A stretch of 64,000 nt of DNA from Acidobacteriaceae bacterium (GTDB taxonomy: Bacteria; Acidobacteriota; Terriglobia; Terriglobales; Acidobacteriaceae): the NCBI GenBank assembly GCA_027323885.1, contig DAHVZT010000118.1, positions 2,333 through 66,332 of the forward strand. The letters are read 5' to 3'. How positions within the stretch are numbered: the stretch's first letter is position 1; the number at the start of each line of letters is the position of its first letter. Shown one piece after another: positions 45,124 through 53,505 of this stretch. A model generated the notes under the pieces. That model was not told the DNA's origin. It searched no databases and saw nothing but the letters and a program-made list of their open reading frames with translations. The translations under genes and the position numbers were made by a program.

Positions 45124-46374
45124 CTACGTTGAGTATTCCGCATTGACGCGGACATACTCGGCGGTCAAATCGCACGTCAGGAATTGGCAGCGGCCATTGC
45201 CGAGACCCAGTGCCATGCGGACTGTAACCTCGCGCTGCAGCATCGCTCGATGCACCTGCTCCTTGTCGAAGCCGGGCGCGATCTGGCCGTCCCGGCAGAC
45301 GGGGAAGCCGCCGATCCAGAGCGAGGTTTTCGCAGGATCGAATGCTGCCTCGGAATATCCCGCGGCGGCGAGAATTCGTCCCCAGTTCGGATCGCATCCA
45401 GCGAAAGCGGTCTTGACCAATGGCGATTGCGCAATACTGCGCGCGATTCGGCTCGCGTCCGCGTCGGTGGCTGCGCCTTCAATCGTCAGTTCGACCACGT
45501 GGCCTACGCCTTCACCGTCCTCCACAATTTGCCGTGCAAGCGAAGCGCAGACGGTTTTCAATGAACCGGCAAAGGGTGATTGGTCTGGAGGCATAAGCTG
45601 TATCCCGCTGGCCCCGCTGGCCAGGAGCAGCACAGTGTCGTTCGTCGACATATCTCCGTCGATGGAAATGCAATTGAAGGTCGGTTCAACGGCCTGACGG
45701 AGAAAACGCTGCAAGTCTTGCGAGGGAATCTTCGCATCGGTGAACAGGTAGACCAGCATGGTCGCATGGGGAACCAACTGCGGCGCGATCATTCCCGCTC
45801 CCTTGGCTATGCCCAGGATGTTGACCTCGCCAGCTTCGCAAGCCAGCTTCGCGGAAGCAATTTTAGCGCGCGTGTCGGTGGTAAGGATTGCTTCCGCGAA
45901 TCGCTCGATGTGGCCGGTTGTATTGCCCATTTCCGCGGAGATGGCCGCCAAAGCATGAACCAATTTTTCAGCAGGCAATGGCACGCCAATGATTCCAGTG
46001 GAGGATGGAAAAACTTCTTCCTCCATGCAGCCAAACTGTTCCGCTGCTACCGCGCAGACGCTCCGGCAGGCATCCACGCCCGCCGGTCCGGTCGCGCAGT
46101 TGGCGTTCCCGGCGTTGACCGCAACAAACCGGACGCTGCCGCCGCTCGTCCGCAGGTGATCACGTCCGACGATCACCGGCGCGGCAACCAGCCGATTGCT
46201 CGTGAACATCGCGGCGGCTGTGCTTCCCTCCACAGCCAGTGCGCAGGCGAAATCCGGCTTTCCGCTGGGCTTGATGCCGGCACGTACAGCGGCGTAGCGG
46301 AATCCTGCGGGAACTGCGGAAATCGAAAGCGGGGGAGATTGTTCTGGCTGCATTTCCTTTATCCTCTTCTGCAT
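45124..46374 (-). CDS. argJ: Glutamate N-acetyltransferase / ornithine acetyltransferase
   Basis: The conserved autoprocessing motif is present in PHATMLVYLFTD, along with ILTTDT and GMIAPQL blocks. ATG 46374 gives 417 aa; an alternative is ATG 46353. Confidence 0.9.
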   Translation of the reverse strand: MQKRIKEMQPEQSPPLSISAVPAGFRYAAVRAGIKPSGKPDFACALAVEGSTAAAMFTSNRLVAAPVIVGRDHLRTSGGSVRFVAVNAGNANCATGPAGVDACRSVCAVAAEQFGCMEEEVFPSSTGIIGVPLPAEKLVHALAAISAEMGNTTGHIERFAEAILTTDTRAKIASAKLACEAGEVNILGIAKGAGMIAPQLVPHATMLVYLFTDAKIPSQDLQRFLRQAVEPTFNCISIDGDMSTNDTVLLLASGASGIQLMPPDQSPFAGSLKTVCASLARQIVEDGEGVGHVVELTIEGAATDADASRIARSIAQSPLVKTAFAGCDPNWGRILAAAGYSEAAFDPAKTSLWIGGFPVCRDGQIAPGFDKEQVHRAMLQREVTVRMALGLGNGRCQFLTCDLTAEYVRVNAEYST

Positions 46375-46426
46375 GAACTCTGTGTTGATGGCGCCCAACG
46401 GTCCGGACGGGGAAACATTTGTTGAG

Positions 46427-47185
46427 ATGCAGCACGTCTTCGTTGCGAGGGGCGAGGTTACCGTTCTCCATGATGTGTCGCTGCGTGTTGGCGCGCAGGA
46501 GCACCTCGCTATTCTTGGACCCAATGGATGCGGAAAGTCCACCCTGCTGCAGACCATTACATGCCAGCGCTACCCCATCCAGCGAGAAGGCTCGCGCCTC
46601 CGCATCTTTGGGCGTGAACGATGGGATACCGGCGAACTGCGCAAGCATCTGGGTATTGTCTCGGCGGGTTTTCCGGGCGAGCAAACGCCTCGCACCAGCG
46701 GCCGCGATGCGGTTCTCTCGGGTTTCTTCTCCAGCTCCACCTTGTGGCCGCACCAGCACGTTACGCCGGAAATGGCCGGCCGCGCCGAAGAGATCCTCAG
46801 CCGGCTGGAGGCTCTCCACCTGCGTGACAAGCCGCTCAGGGAAATGTCCTCGGGAGAAAGCCGCCGGATCATGATCGGACGCGCTCTGGTGCATGCCCCT
46901 CAGGTGCTTCTGCTCGATGAGCCGAGCAATGGATTGGACCTGGCTGCGCAAGCGGAGCTGCGGCGCACGCTGCGACGGCTTGCCGGACAGGGCGTTGGCA
47001 TTCTCCTCATTACGCATCATCTTGCCGACATTCTCCCGGAGATGGATCGAGTGGTGCTGATGGGTAGCGGCCGTATTCTCGCAGACGGGCCAAAGCGTGA
47101 CATGTTGACGCGCGAGCGATTGAGCGCTCTGTTCCAAACAGACGTGGAAGTGGCGGAGCGAGACGGTTTTTGCCACGCGTGGTGA
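46427..47185 (+). CDS. Single-domain ABC ATPase with no adjacent permease (ModF/YlmA-like)
   Basis: Walker A GPNGCGKSTLL, signature MSSGESRRIMIGRAL, Walker B LLLDEPSNGLD, H-loop ITHH. The start is uncertain: ATG 46427, or the longest ORF at ATG 46373. Confidence 0.8.
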   Translation: MQHVFVARGEVTVLHDVSLRVGAQEHLAILGPNGCGKSTLLQTITCQRYPIQREGSRLRIFGRERWDTGELRKHLGIVSAGFPGEQTPRTSGRDAVLSGFFSSSTLWPHQHVTPEMAGRAEEILSRLEALHLRDKPLREMSSGESRRIMIGRALVHAPQVLLLDEPSNGLDLAAQAELRRTLRRLAGQGVGILLITHHLADILPEMDRVVLMGSGRILADGPKRDMLTRERLSALFQTDVEVAERDGFCHAW

Positions 47186-47202
47186 ATGGTCGAACCGGCG
47201 CA

Positions 47203-47721
47203 TTACAGTTGCAATGGGATCAGGCGCTCTTCCACCTGTGCAGGTCCCAGAACGGCTATGTCGGGCAAAACGCCGCGAGCCATCGCAATCTCATCACAGG
47301 CGTGGATGCGCGGACAGTTCGCACAATCTTTATAGATCTTGTCGGGCAGGGCGGTGCGATCGACCTGAGCGAACCCAAGCTGGCGGAAAAAGTCTGGCAG
47401 ACGGGTGAACAGGCAAACGCAACTTACGCTGTGAGTGTCGGCCTCTGCAAGCAGAGCTTGAACAATGGCGCTTCCGGCACCCTGCTTGCGCGCTCTTGGT
47501 GTAACGGCAATGGAGCGTATTTCCGCCAGGTGCGGGCCATAGAGATGCAGCGCGCCACAGCCGGCAAACTCTCCTCTGTCATTTTCCACAACTGTAAAGT
47601 CGCGGACGTTCTCACAGATTTCGGCAAAGGTGCGCGGCAGCAATGTTCCATCGAAGGACAGGCTGCGAATCAGCGCGTGAATGCTGTCGGCGTCAGGAAG
47701 CCGTGCTTTACGGACGAGCAA
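47203..47721 (-). CDS. Single-domain GNAT acetyltransferase, short N-acetylglutamate synthase (S-NAGS)-like
   Basis: 172 aa. The acetyl-CoA motif is in IRSIAVTPRARKQGAGSAIVQALL. TTG start 47721 is preceded by AGGAGG (47728-47733, 6-nt spacer). It overlaps the argH 3' end by 14 nt and is the last gene of the arg operon. Confidence 0.65.
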   Translation of the reverse strand: MLVRKARLPDADSIHALIRSLSFDGTLLPRTFAEICENVRDFTVVENDRGEFAGCGALHLYGPHLAEIRSIAVTPRARKQGAGSAIVQALLAEADTHSVSCVCLFTRLPDFFRQLGFAQVDRTALPDKIYKDCANCPRIHACDEIAMARGVLPDIAVLGPAQVEERLIPLQL

Positions 47722-49135
47722 TTCCTGCCTCCTGCTGCTGCGGATTTCCAGTTGTCGCGCCCGTGTTCCGGTGCGAACGCAACTGTTCGTCTACCCGGTT
47801 CGGCGCGGTGCCGCCCGGAACATCGTGGCAATCGAGCGTAGCCTCAAGCGTAATGGCCGCGAAAAAATCCGGTCCGAACGCGGGACTGAACTGGCGCAAC
47901 TCATCGAGCGCCAGCGCGTCCAGTTCGCATCCTTTATTCAGACAATGCCGAACTGCATTTCCGATCACCTCATGCGCGGTGCGAAAGGGCACGCCTCGAT
48001 GGACCAGATAGGTGGCGGCCGCCATTGCGTTGAGAAAGCCGCTGCCGCACGCCGCCCGCATCTGGTCGGTGCGGAACTGCAAAGTCATGGTGAACCGGGG
48101 AAGGAGCGCAAGCAGCAACTGCATTTCTTCCGCTGCGGAAAACAGCGCCTCCTGGCTTTCCTGCATGTCTTTGTTGTAGGCGAGCGGTAAACCTTTCAAC
48201 TGCAGTTCCAAAGCATGGGAGGCAGCTACGATCCGGCCCGCTTTGGCGCGTGCAAGTTCCGTGAAATCGGGATTTTTTTTCTGAGGCATCGCGCTGGAAC
48301 CCGTCGAATAAGCCTCGGGCAACTCGATGAATCCAAACTCTGCGGTGGCGTAAAGCGTGATTTCTTCCGCAAACCTGCTGATATGCAACGCGATTTGCGC
48401 GAGTGCCTGCAAAAACTCCAGCACAAAGTCACGATCGCTCGTTGCGTCCATGCTGTTTGCCGTCGGAGCGGTAAACCCCAGCTCCTGAGCCATCAAGCCA
48501 CGATCGAGCGGCAAGGTCGCGCCCGCGACAGCACCGGAGCCAAGCGGGCAGAAGTTCGCGCGCGCCGCACAGTCCGCGAGACGCGTATCGTCCCGCTGCA
48601 GCATGGAGACGTAGGCAAGCAGCCAGTGCGCCACCAGCACGGGCTCCGCGCGCTGCAGGTGCGTGTACGCTGGCATGGTCGCGTGCCCGGCTGCTTCCGC
48701 CTTGGCCAGAAACGCCTCACGCCAAAGCTCAAGCCTGGAGCGAACCTGGGTGATGGCATTCCTCACGTACAGCCGGAGATCGGTCGCGATTTGTTCGTTG
48801 CGGCTGCGGCCGGTGTGCAGTTTGAGCGCCGTGGTTCCGATCCGCTTCCTGAGCTCAAGTTCAGCGAAGTGATGTACGTCCTCCGCCTCCGGGTGATCGG
48901 CCGCGGGATGGTTCCGTCCTGGCGAAGCGGATGCAAACTGCGCCAGAAGCCCGTCCAGCCCGTCGCAGATGGACCCGAGTTCTTCCGGATTCAATACACC
49001 TAACTGCGCGAGCGCGCGAGCGTGCGCTTTACTGGCGGCAACTTCATAGGGAAACAGCCGCCAGTCGTAGCGCAGGGACCGCTGCCACCCCTCGAACTCG
49101 GGATCGAGCGGTTCTCGGAACCTTCCGGCCCACAT
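47708..49135 (-). CDS. argH: Argininosuccinate lyase
   Basis: The internal ATG 49135 gives MWAGRFREPLDPEFEGW. It carries the fumarate-lyase signature GSSAMPQKKNP. The start lies 2 nt after the argG stop. Confidence 0.95.
   Translation of the reverse strand: MWAGRFREPLDPEFEGWQRSLRYDWRLFPYEVAASKAHARALAQLGVLNPEELGSICDGLDGLLAQFASASPGRNHPAADHPEAEDVHHFAELELRKRIGTTALKLHTGRSRNEQIATDLRLYVRNAITQVRSRLELWREAFLAKAEAAGHATMPAYTHLQRAEPVLVAHWLLAYVSMLQRDDTRLADCAARANFCPLGSGAVAGATLPLDRGLMAQELGFTAPTANSMDATSDRDFVLEFLQALAQIALHISRFAEEITLYATAEFGFIELPEAYSTGSSAMPQKKNPDFTELARAKAGRIVAASHALELQLKGLPLAYNKDMQESQEALFSAAEEMQLLLALLPRFTMTLQFRTDQMRAACGSGFLNAMAAATYLVHRGVPFRTAHEVIGNAVRHCLNKGCELDALALDELRQFSPAFGPDFFAAITLEATLDCHDVPGGTAPNRVDEQLRSHRNTGATTGNPQQQEAGIARP
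47728..47733 (-). promoter_or_regulatory. Shine-Dalgarno AGGAGG for the GNAT gene, embedded in the argH coding sequence
   Basis: The plus strand reads CCTCCT at 47728-47733. On the minus strand this is AGGAGG-CAGGAA-TTG. Confidence 0.5.
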
Positions 49136-49137
49136 CT

Positions 49138-50352
49138 TCAACGCACTTTCTCCCGCTGCTTGTTTTCCAGGTGGAAAAGGGTTCGCGCAGGCAATCCGAG
49201 AATCCGAATGAATCCCGCGGCGTCTTTTTGGTCGTAGCTCTCGCCCATGGTGAAGGACGACAGTTCCGGCGAGTAAAGCGCCAAATCGCTCTTGCGCCCG
49301 GCGATGCTGACGTTGCCTTTGTAAAGGGCCAGCCGGACCGTTCCGGTCACGCTTTGCTGGGTTGTGTGAACGAAGGCGTCGAGCGCCTGCCGCAACGGTG
49401 TAAACCACAATCCGTAATAAACCAGCTCCGCATATTTCAGCGCCACCTGTTGCTTGTAGTGCTTTACTTCGCGCTCCAGGGTGATGGCCTCCAGTTCGCG
49501 GTGCGCGGTCAGGATCAACGTGCCTCCGGGCGTTTCATAGATGCCGCGGCTTTTGATGCCTACAAAACGATTCTCCACCAGGTCGATGCGGCCCACAGCG
49601 TTACGAGCGGCCACTTCGTTCAGCAATTCAACGAGCTGGACCGGTTCCAGACGCATCCCATTCACAGAAACGGGCGTGCCTTTTTCAAAGCCGATCTCCA
49701 CCACTTCCGTGTGGTCCGGCGCCTGCTGCGGCGACCGCGTCCAAGTCCACGTGCTTTCGAGCGGAGCATTCGCCGCGTCCTCAAGTTCCCCGCCTTCATG
49801 GCTGATGTGCCACAGATTGCGGTCGCGGGAATGAATTTTTTGGCGGCTGGCCTCCACGGGAATTCCGTGCGCCTCCGCGTAATCGAGACAATCTTCCCGC
49901 GATTTGAGCTCCCATTCGCGCCATGGCGCGATGATCGCCAGTTCCGGCGCGAGCGCCTGATAGGCATGCTCAAAGCGGACCTGATCGTTGCCCTTCCCGG
50001 TGCATCCGTGCGCCACCGCCTCCGCCCCTTCGGCAAGCGCAACCTCTACCTGATGTTTTGCGATGACCGGTCTTGCCATGGACGTACCCAGCAGATACTT
50101 GTCCTCATAGACCGCGCCCGCACGTACTGTGGGGAATACGTATTCTGTAAGGAATTCCTGGCGCAGGTCCCGCACCACCGCCTTTTTCGCGCCTGTGGCA
50201 TAGGCTTTCGCCACGACTGCATCCAGATCTTCACCCTGGCCGACATCGGCAATCATCGCAATCACGTCCATTCCATAGTTTTCATTCAGCCAGGGAATGA
50301 TGATCGATGTGTCGAGCCCGCCGGAATAGGCCAGAACTACCTTTTTTGCCAT
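49138..50352 (-). CDS. argG: Argininosuccinate synthase
   Basis: MAKKVVLAYSGGLDTS (PP-loop), 404 aa. Confidence 0.95.
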   Translation of the reverse strand: MAKKVVLAYSGGLDTSIIIPWLNENYGMDVIAMIADVGQGEDLDAVVAKAYATGAKKAVVRDLRQEFLTEYVFPTVRAGAVYEDKYLLGTSMARPVIAKHQVEVALAEGAEAVAHGCTGKGNDQVRFEHAYQALAPELAIIAPWREWELKSREDCLDYAEAHGIPVEASRQKIHSRDRNLWHISHEGGELEDAANAPLESTWTWTRSPQQAPDHTEVVEIGFEKGTPVSVNGMRLEPVQLVELLNEVAARNAVGRIDLVENRFVGIKSRGIYETPGGTLILTAHRELEAITLEREVKHYKQQVALKYAELVYYGLWFTPLRQALDAFVHTTQQSVTGTVRLALYKGNVSIAGRKSDLALYSPELSSFTMGESYDQKDAAGFIRILGLPARTLFHLENKQREKVR

Positions 50353-50372
50353 GAAAACTCCTTAAGTTACGT

Positions 50373-51479
50373 TCAATACTTTGGAATGGGGGACCGCTTG
50401 CGAACGATCCCCCGGCGGTATTTTGCTTCGTCCGGCCCGGAGCCGTTTCCCTGTAGATGTGCGGCATCGAGCAGCAAAAGCAGAATCGCTTTCTGTACGT
50501 GCAGGCGGTTTTCCGCCTGATCGAACACGATGGATTGCGCGCTGTCGATCACCTCATTGGTAACCTCTTCTCCTCGATGCGCGGGAAGGCAATGCATGAA
50601 GACGGCATGAGGCGCGGCGAGCGCCATCAGATCAGAGTCGACCTGGTATGGCTGAAAGATCCTTTGCCGGATCGTGGTTTCCTGCTCCTGGCCCATGCTG
50701 GTCCAGGCATCGGTGTAAACCGCGTCCGCACCCTGGACACCTTCGCGTGGATCGACAACACTGCGGACCGCGCTGCCGGAGCTTTCCGCAATGGCTTGCG
50801 CCGCAGCCAGAAAATTCGCGTCGATACCGTACCCTACCGGCGACGCAAGGCTGATGTGTGCCCCCATCCCGACGGCGGCCAGCAGCAGGGAACGCGCGAC
50901 ATTGTTTCCATCGCCCACATACGCGATTTGCAGGCCGCGAAGATCGCCGAAATGTTCCTCCAGCGTGAAGATGTCGGTGAGTGCCTGACAAGGATGTTCG
51001 AGATCGCTCAGTGCGTTCACCACCGGTACATTGGCGAACCGGGCCATCCCGGTGATCGTCTCGTGCGCGTAGGTGCGCAGCACAATCACGTCAACCCAGC
51101 GCTCCAGGTTGTGCGCCACATCGGCCAGAGTTTCCCGCTCGCCCAGCCGTGAGGCGGTTTGATCGATAAAGATCGCCGACCCGCCTAGGGTGTTGATCCC
51201 CGCTTCGAAGGTAAGCCTGGTCCGTAAAGATTCTTTCTCAAAAAACATGGTGAGCTGCTTCGCGTCGAGAGCATGACGATATCTCTGCGGCTGCGCCTTC
51301 ACGTCATGCGCCACGTCCAGGATCAGACGTATGTCGGACGGGCTCAAATCCGTGATGGAGCAAAGATCGCGCCGTGCCAGCGGGTTGGCGGGGGCCGAAG
51401 GCAGCAAAGTTGAAATGGATGGAGAAGAGGACTCACCGCTTCCTTTGGGAGATTTCAGTGGGTAATGTTTTGTCGTCAT
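50373..51479 (-). CDS. argF: Ornithine carbamoyltransferase
   Basis: Blocks SLRTRLTFE, HPCQALTD and FMHCLPAHRGEEV. ATG 51479 overlaps the argD TGA (ATGA), which gives a ~36-aa Ser/Pro-rich N-terminal extension. An alternative start is the TTG 24 codons downstream. Confidence 0.9.
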   Translation of the reverse strand: MTTKHYPLKSPKGSGESSSPSISTLLPSAPANPLARRDLCSITDLSPSDIRLILDVAHDVKAQPQRYRHALDAKQLTMFFEKESLRTRLTFEAGINTLGGSAIFIDQTASRLGERETLADVAHNLERWVDVIVLRTYAHETITGMARFANVPVVNALSDLEHPCQALTDIFTLEEHFGDLRGLQIAYVGDGNNVARSLLLAAVGMGAHISLASPVGYGIDANFLAAAQAIAESSGSAVRSVVDPREGVQGADAVYTDAWTSMGQEQETTIRQRIFQPYQVDSDLMALAAPHAVFMHCLPAHRGEEVTNEVIDSAQSIVFDQAENRLHVQKAILLLLLDAAHLQGNGSGPDEAKYRRGIVRKRSPIPKY

Positions 51480-52726
51480 GCCCGGGCTCCTTGTCCTGGT
51501 ACGAGCGAGCCTGCTACGGGCGCGGAGTCGCTTAGGACCTCATCCAGTGCCTGGATGGTCTGGTCGATATGTTCACGTTCAATGACGTACGGCGGCAGGA
51601 AGCGCAATACTGTTTCGCTGGTTCGATTGAGGAGAATGCGCCGCTCCAGCATCTGGTTGGCTACGTGCTTGGCGATTTCAGCATGCGAAAAGTCCAGGCC
51701 CAGCATCAGTCCCATGCCACGCACCTCCGCAATTTCGTCGTGGCGCCCAGCCAAACGCATTAGCTGGTCCACAAAGTAGCTGCCGGTTTCCTTGATGTGG
51801 GCCAGCATTTTCTCATTGCGCAGTGTGTCGATCACAGCAATCGCGACCGCACAGGCTAGCGGCCCCCCGCCGAAGGTGGTGCCGTGCATGCCCGGTGAAA
51901 AGGCACGCGCCGCCTCGCTGGTGCAGAGTACGGCAGCAATAGGAATGCCGCCGCCGAGCGGCTTGGCCAATGTGGTGACATCCGGCAGAATGCCGTAGTG
52001 CTGGTAAGCGCACCACTCGCCGGTGCGTCCCATGCCGCTCTGAATTTCATCCGCGATCAACAGCGATCCAGTTTGAGACGTGAGCCTCCGCGCAGCGGCA
52101 AAAAACTCTCGTGACACGGGACGTATGCCGCCTTCGCCCTGCACCGGCTCCAGGCAAACAGCGCACACCTCGCTCGAAAACTTCGATTCCAGATCGGCAA
52201 TATCGTCAAAACGCACGAACTCTACGCCGGGAAGCAATGGCTGAAAAGGTTCGCGGTATTTCGGCTTATGGGTAGTCGAAACGGAACCCATGGTGCGGCC
52301 GTGGAAGCTGTGTTCCAGGGCCAGGATTTTTGTGCCAAGATCGCGCCCCTCGGACCGGCGAAGCGCCGCATAGGAGCGCGCAAGCTTGAGAGCGGCTTCC
52401 CATGCCTCCGTTCCGCTGTTGCAGAAGAAGGCGCGATCCAGGCCGGTGATTTCCGTCAATCTGGCGGCAAGCTCCGCCTGTCCTTCATGGAAAAAAAGGT
52501 TGGAGATGTGCAGCAGCTTTCGGCTCTGTGCGTCAATGGCCGCCTGGATTGCCGGATGGTTATAGCCAAGGGCGCACACTCCGATTCCGCTCAGCATATC
52601 CAGATACGCTGTGCCGTTTTCATCGAAAAGGTGCATTCCCTGGCCGCCAACGAACGCCAGGGGAGTTCGATCGTAGGTCCCAATAAGCAATTCTGCTTCG
52701 GCGCTGCGTATTTCTTCGAGCTTCAT
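51476..52726 (-). CDS. argD: Acetylornithine aminotransferase
   Basis: Class-III aminotransferase with ADEIQSGMGRTGEW and the PLP-Lys region TTLAKPLGGG. There is an ATGA overlap with the argB stop. Confidence 0.9.
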   Translation of the reverse strand: MKLEEIRSAEAELLIGTYDRTPLAFVGGQGMHLFDENGTAYLDMLSGIGVCALGYNHPAIQAAIDAQSRKLLHISNLFFHEGQAELAARLTEITGLDRAFFCNSGTEAWEAALKLARSYAALRRSEGRDLGTKILALEHSFHGRTMGSVSTTHKPKYREPFQPLLPGVEFVRFDDIADLESKFSSEVCAVCLEPVQGEGGIRPVSREFFAAARRLTSQTGSLLIADEIQSGMGRTGEWCAYQHYGILPDVTTLAKPLGGGIPIAAVLCTSEAARAFSPGMHGTTFGGGPLACAVAIAVIDTLRNEKMLAHIKETGSYFVDQLMRLAGRHDEIAEVRGMGLMLGLDFSHAEIAKHVANQMLERRILLNRTSETVLRFLPPYVIEREHIDQTIQALDEVLSDSAPVAGSLVPGQGARA

Positions 52727-53505
52727 GCCACCATCACCTCAGTACCGTGCGGAGTGCGTGCGGAACAAATATCGGGAAGCAGAGCGGCTGCTTCAGCGGG
52801 CAAGATCCGGACCCGGCGAACTCCGCCCAGCAGAGCTTCGCGGCAGGCGCTGAGTTTTGGCAGCATTCCGCCGCTGACGACAGCGGTGCGCGTCAATTCC
52901 GGAATCTGCTTCAGAGTGAGCCAGCGCATCACCTGGCCGTCGGCCCCGAGTACTCCCGGAACATCTGTCAGAAAAACCAGAACATCGGCGTGACAGGCCG
53001 TCGAACAGGCTGCAGCCATCTCATCCGCGTTCACGTTGTAGTATTGGCCGTCAAAGCCGAGAGCCATGCTGGAAATTACCGGCACCGCCCCCATCTCCCA
53101 AACCGCGAGCAGCCAGCGAGGGTCGGCGGAGGCGATCTCTCCTACGAAACCCAAATCAGGCGCAGTGCGCTTTTTGCGCGCGCGAAACAGAAGTCCGTCC
53201 CCGCCGGACAGTCCAACGGCCGCTTGACCATGCTGTCCGATGGCGGCAACCAATTGCTTGTTCACCCGGCCCGCCAGGACCATCAGCGCGGCATCCCTGG
53301 TTTCCGCATCCGTAATGCGCAGACCCGCGACGAACGAGCTGTCTTTGCCAAGCTGCGACAATGTCCGCGTGAGTGCGACGCCTCCACCATGAACGACGGC
53401 AACCTGATGTCCGTCGCGGACCAGATCCACGATGGCTTGCGTGCAGCCGAGCAGCGTTGCTGGATTCTCCAGGGTCACTCCACCAAGTTTGATGACGAAT
53501 TTCAT
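52723..53505 (-). CDS. argB: Acetylglutamate kinase
   Basis: The internal ATG 53505 gives MKFVIKLGGVTLENP...VVHGGG. There is an ATGA overlap with the argC stop. Confidence 0.93.
   Translation of the reverse strand: MKFVIKLGGVTLENPATLLGCTQAIVDLVRDGHQVAVVHGGGVALTRTLSQLGKDSSFVAGLRITDAETRDAALMVLAGRVNKQLVAAIGQHGQAAVGLSGGDGLLFRARKKRTAPDLGFVGEIASADPRWLLAVWEMGAVPVISSMALGFDGQYYNVNADEMAAACSTACHADVLVFLTDVPGVLGADGQVMRWLTLKQIPELTRTAVVSGGMLPKLSACREALLGGVRRVRILPAEAAALLPDICSARTPHGTEVMVA

Noticed and set aside
46372-46375. CATG where the longest argJ ORF (minus strand) and the longest ABC-ATPase ORF (plus strand) would have overlapping start codons on opposite strands.
   Set aside because: This is most simply explained by over-extended ORFs. 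Plausible internal starts exist (argJ ATG 46353; ABC ATPase ATG 46427, which gives a normal N-terminus before the Walker A strand). Nothing in the sequence requires face-to-face start codons.
49136-49408. N-terminal extensions in the ORF track: argH (566 aa), argB (53506-53739), ubiE (25161-25451), nadB (26216-26317), gltB (55064-55228), pfk (61641-61775), argJ (46375-46557) and NUDIX (5466-5552).
   Set aside because: In each case the extension overlaps the neighbouring gene or regulatory DNA and lacks family similarity. An internal start reproduces the canonical N-terminus, often with an ATGA/GTGA junction or a Shine-Dalgarno sequence.
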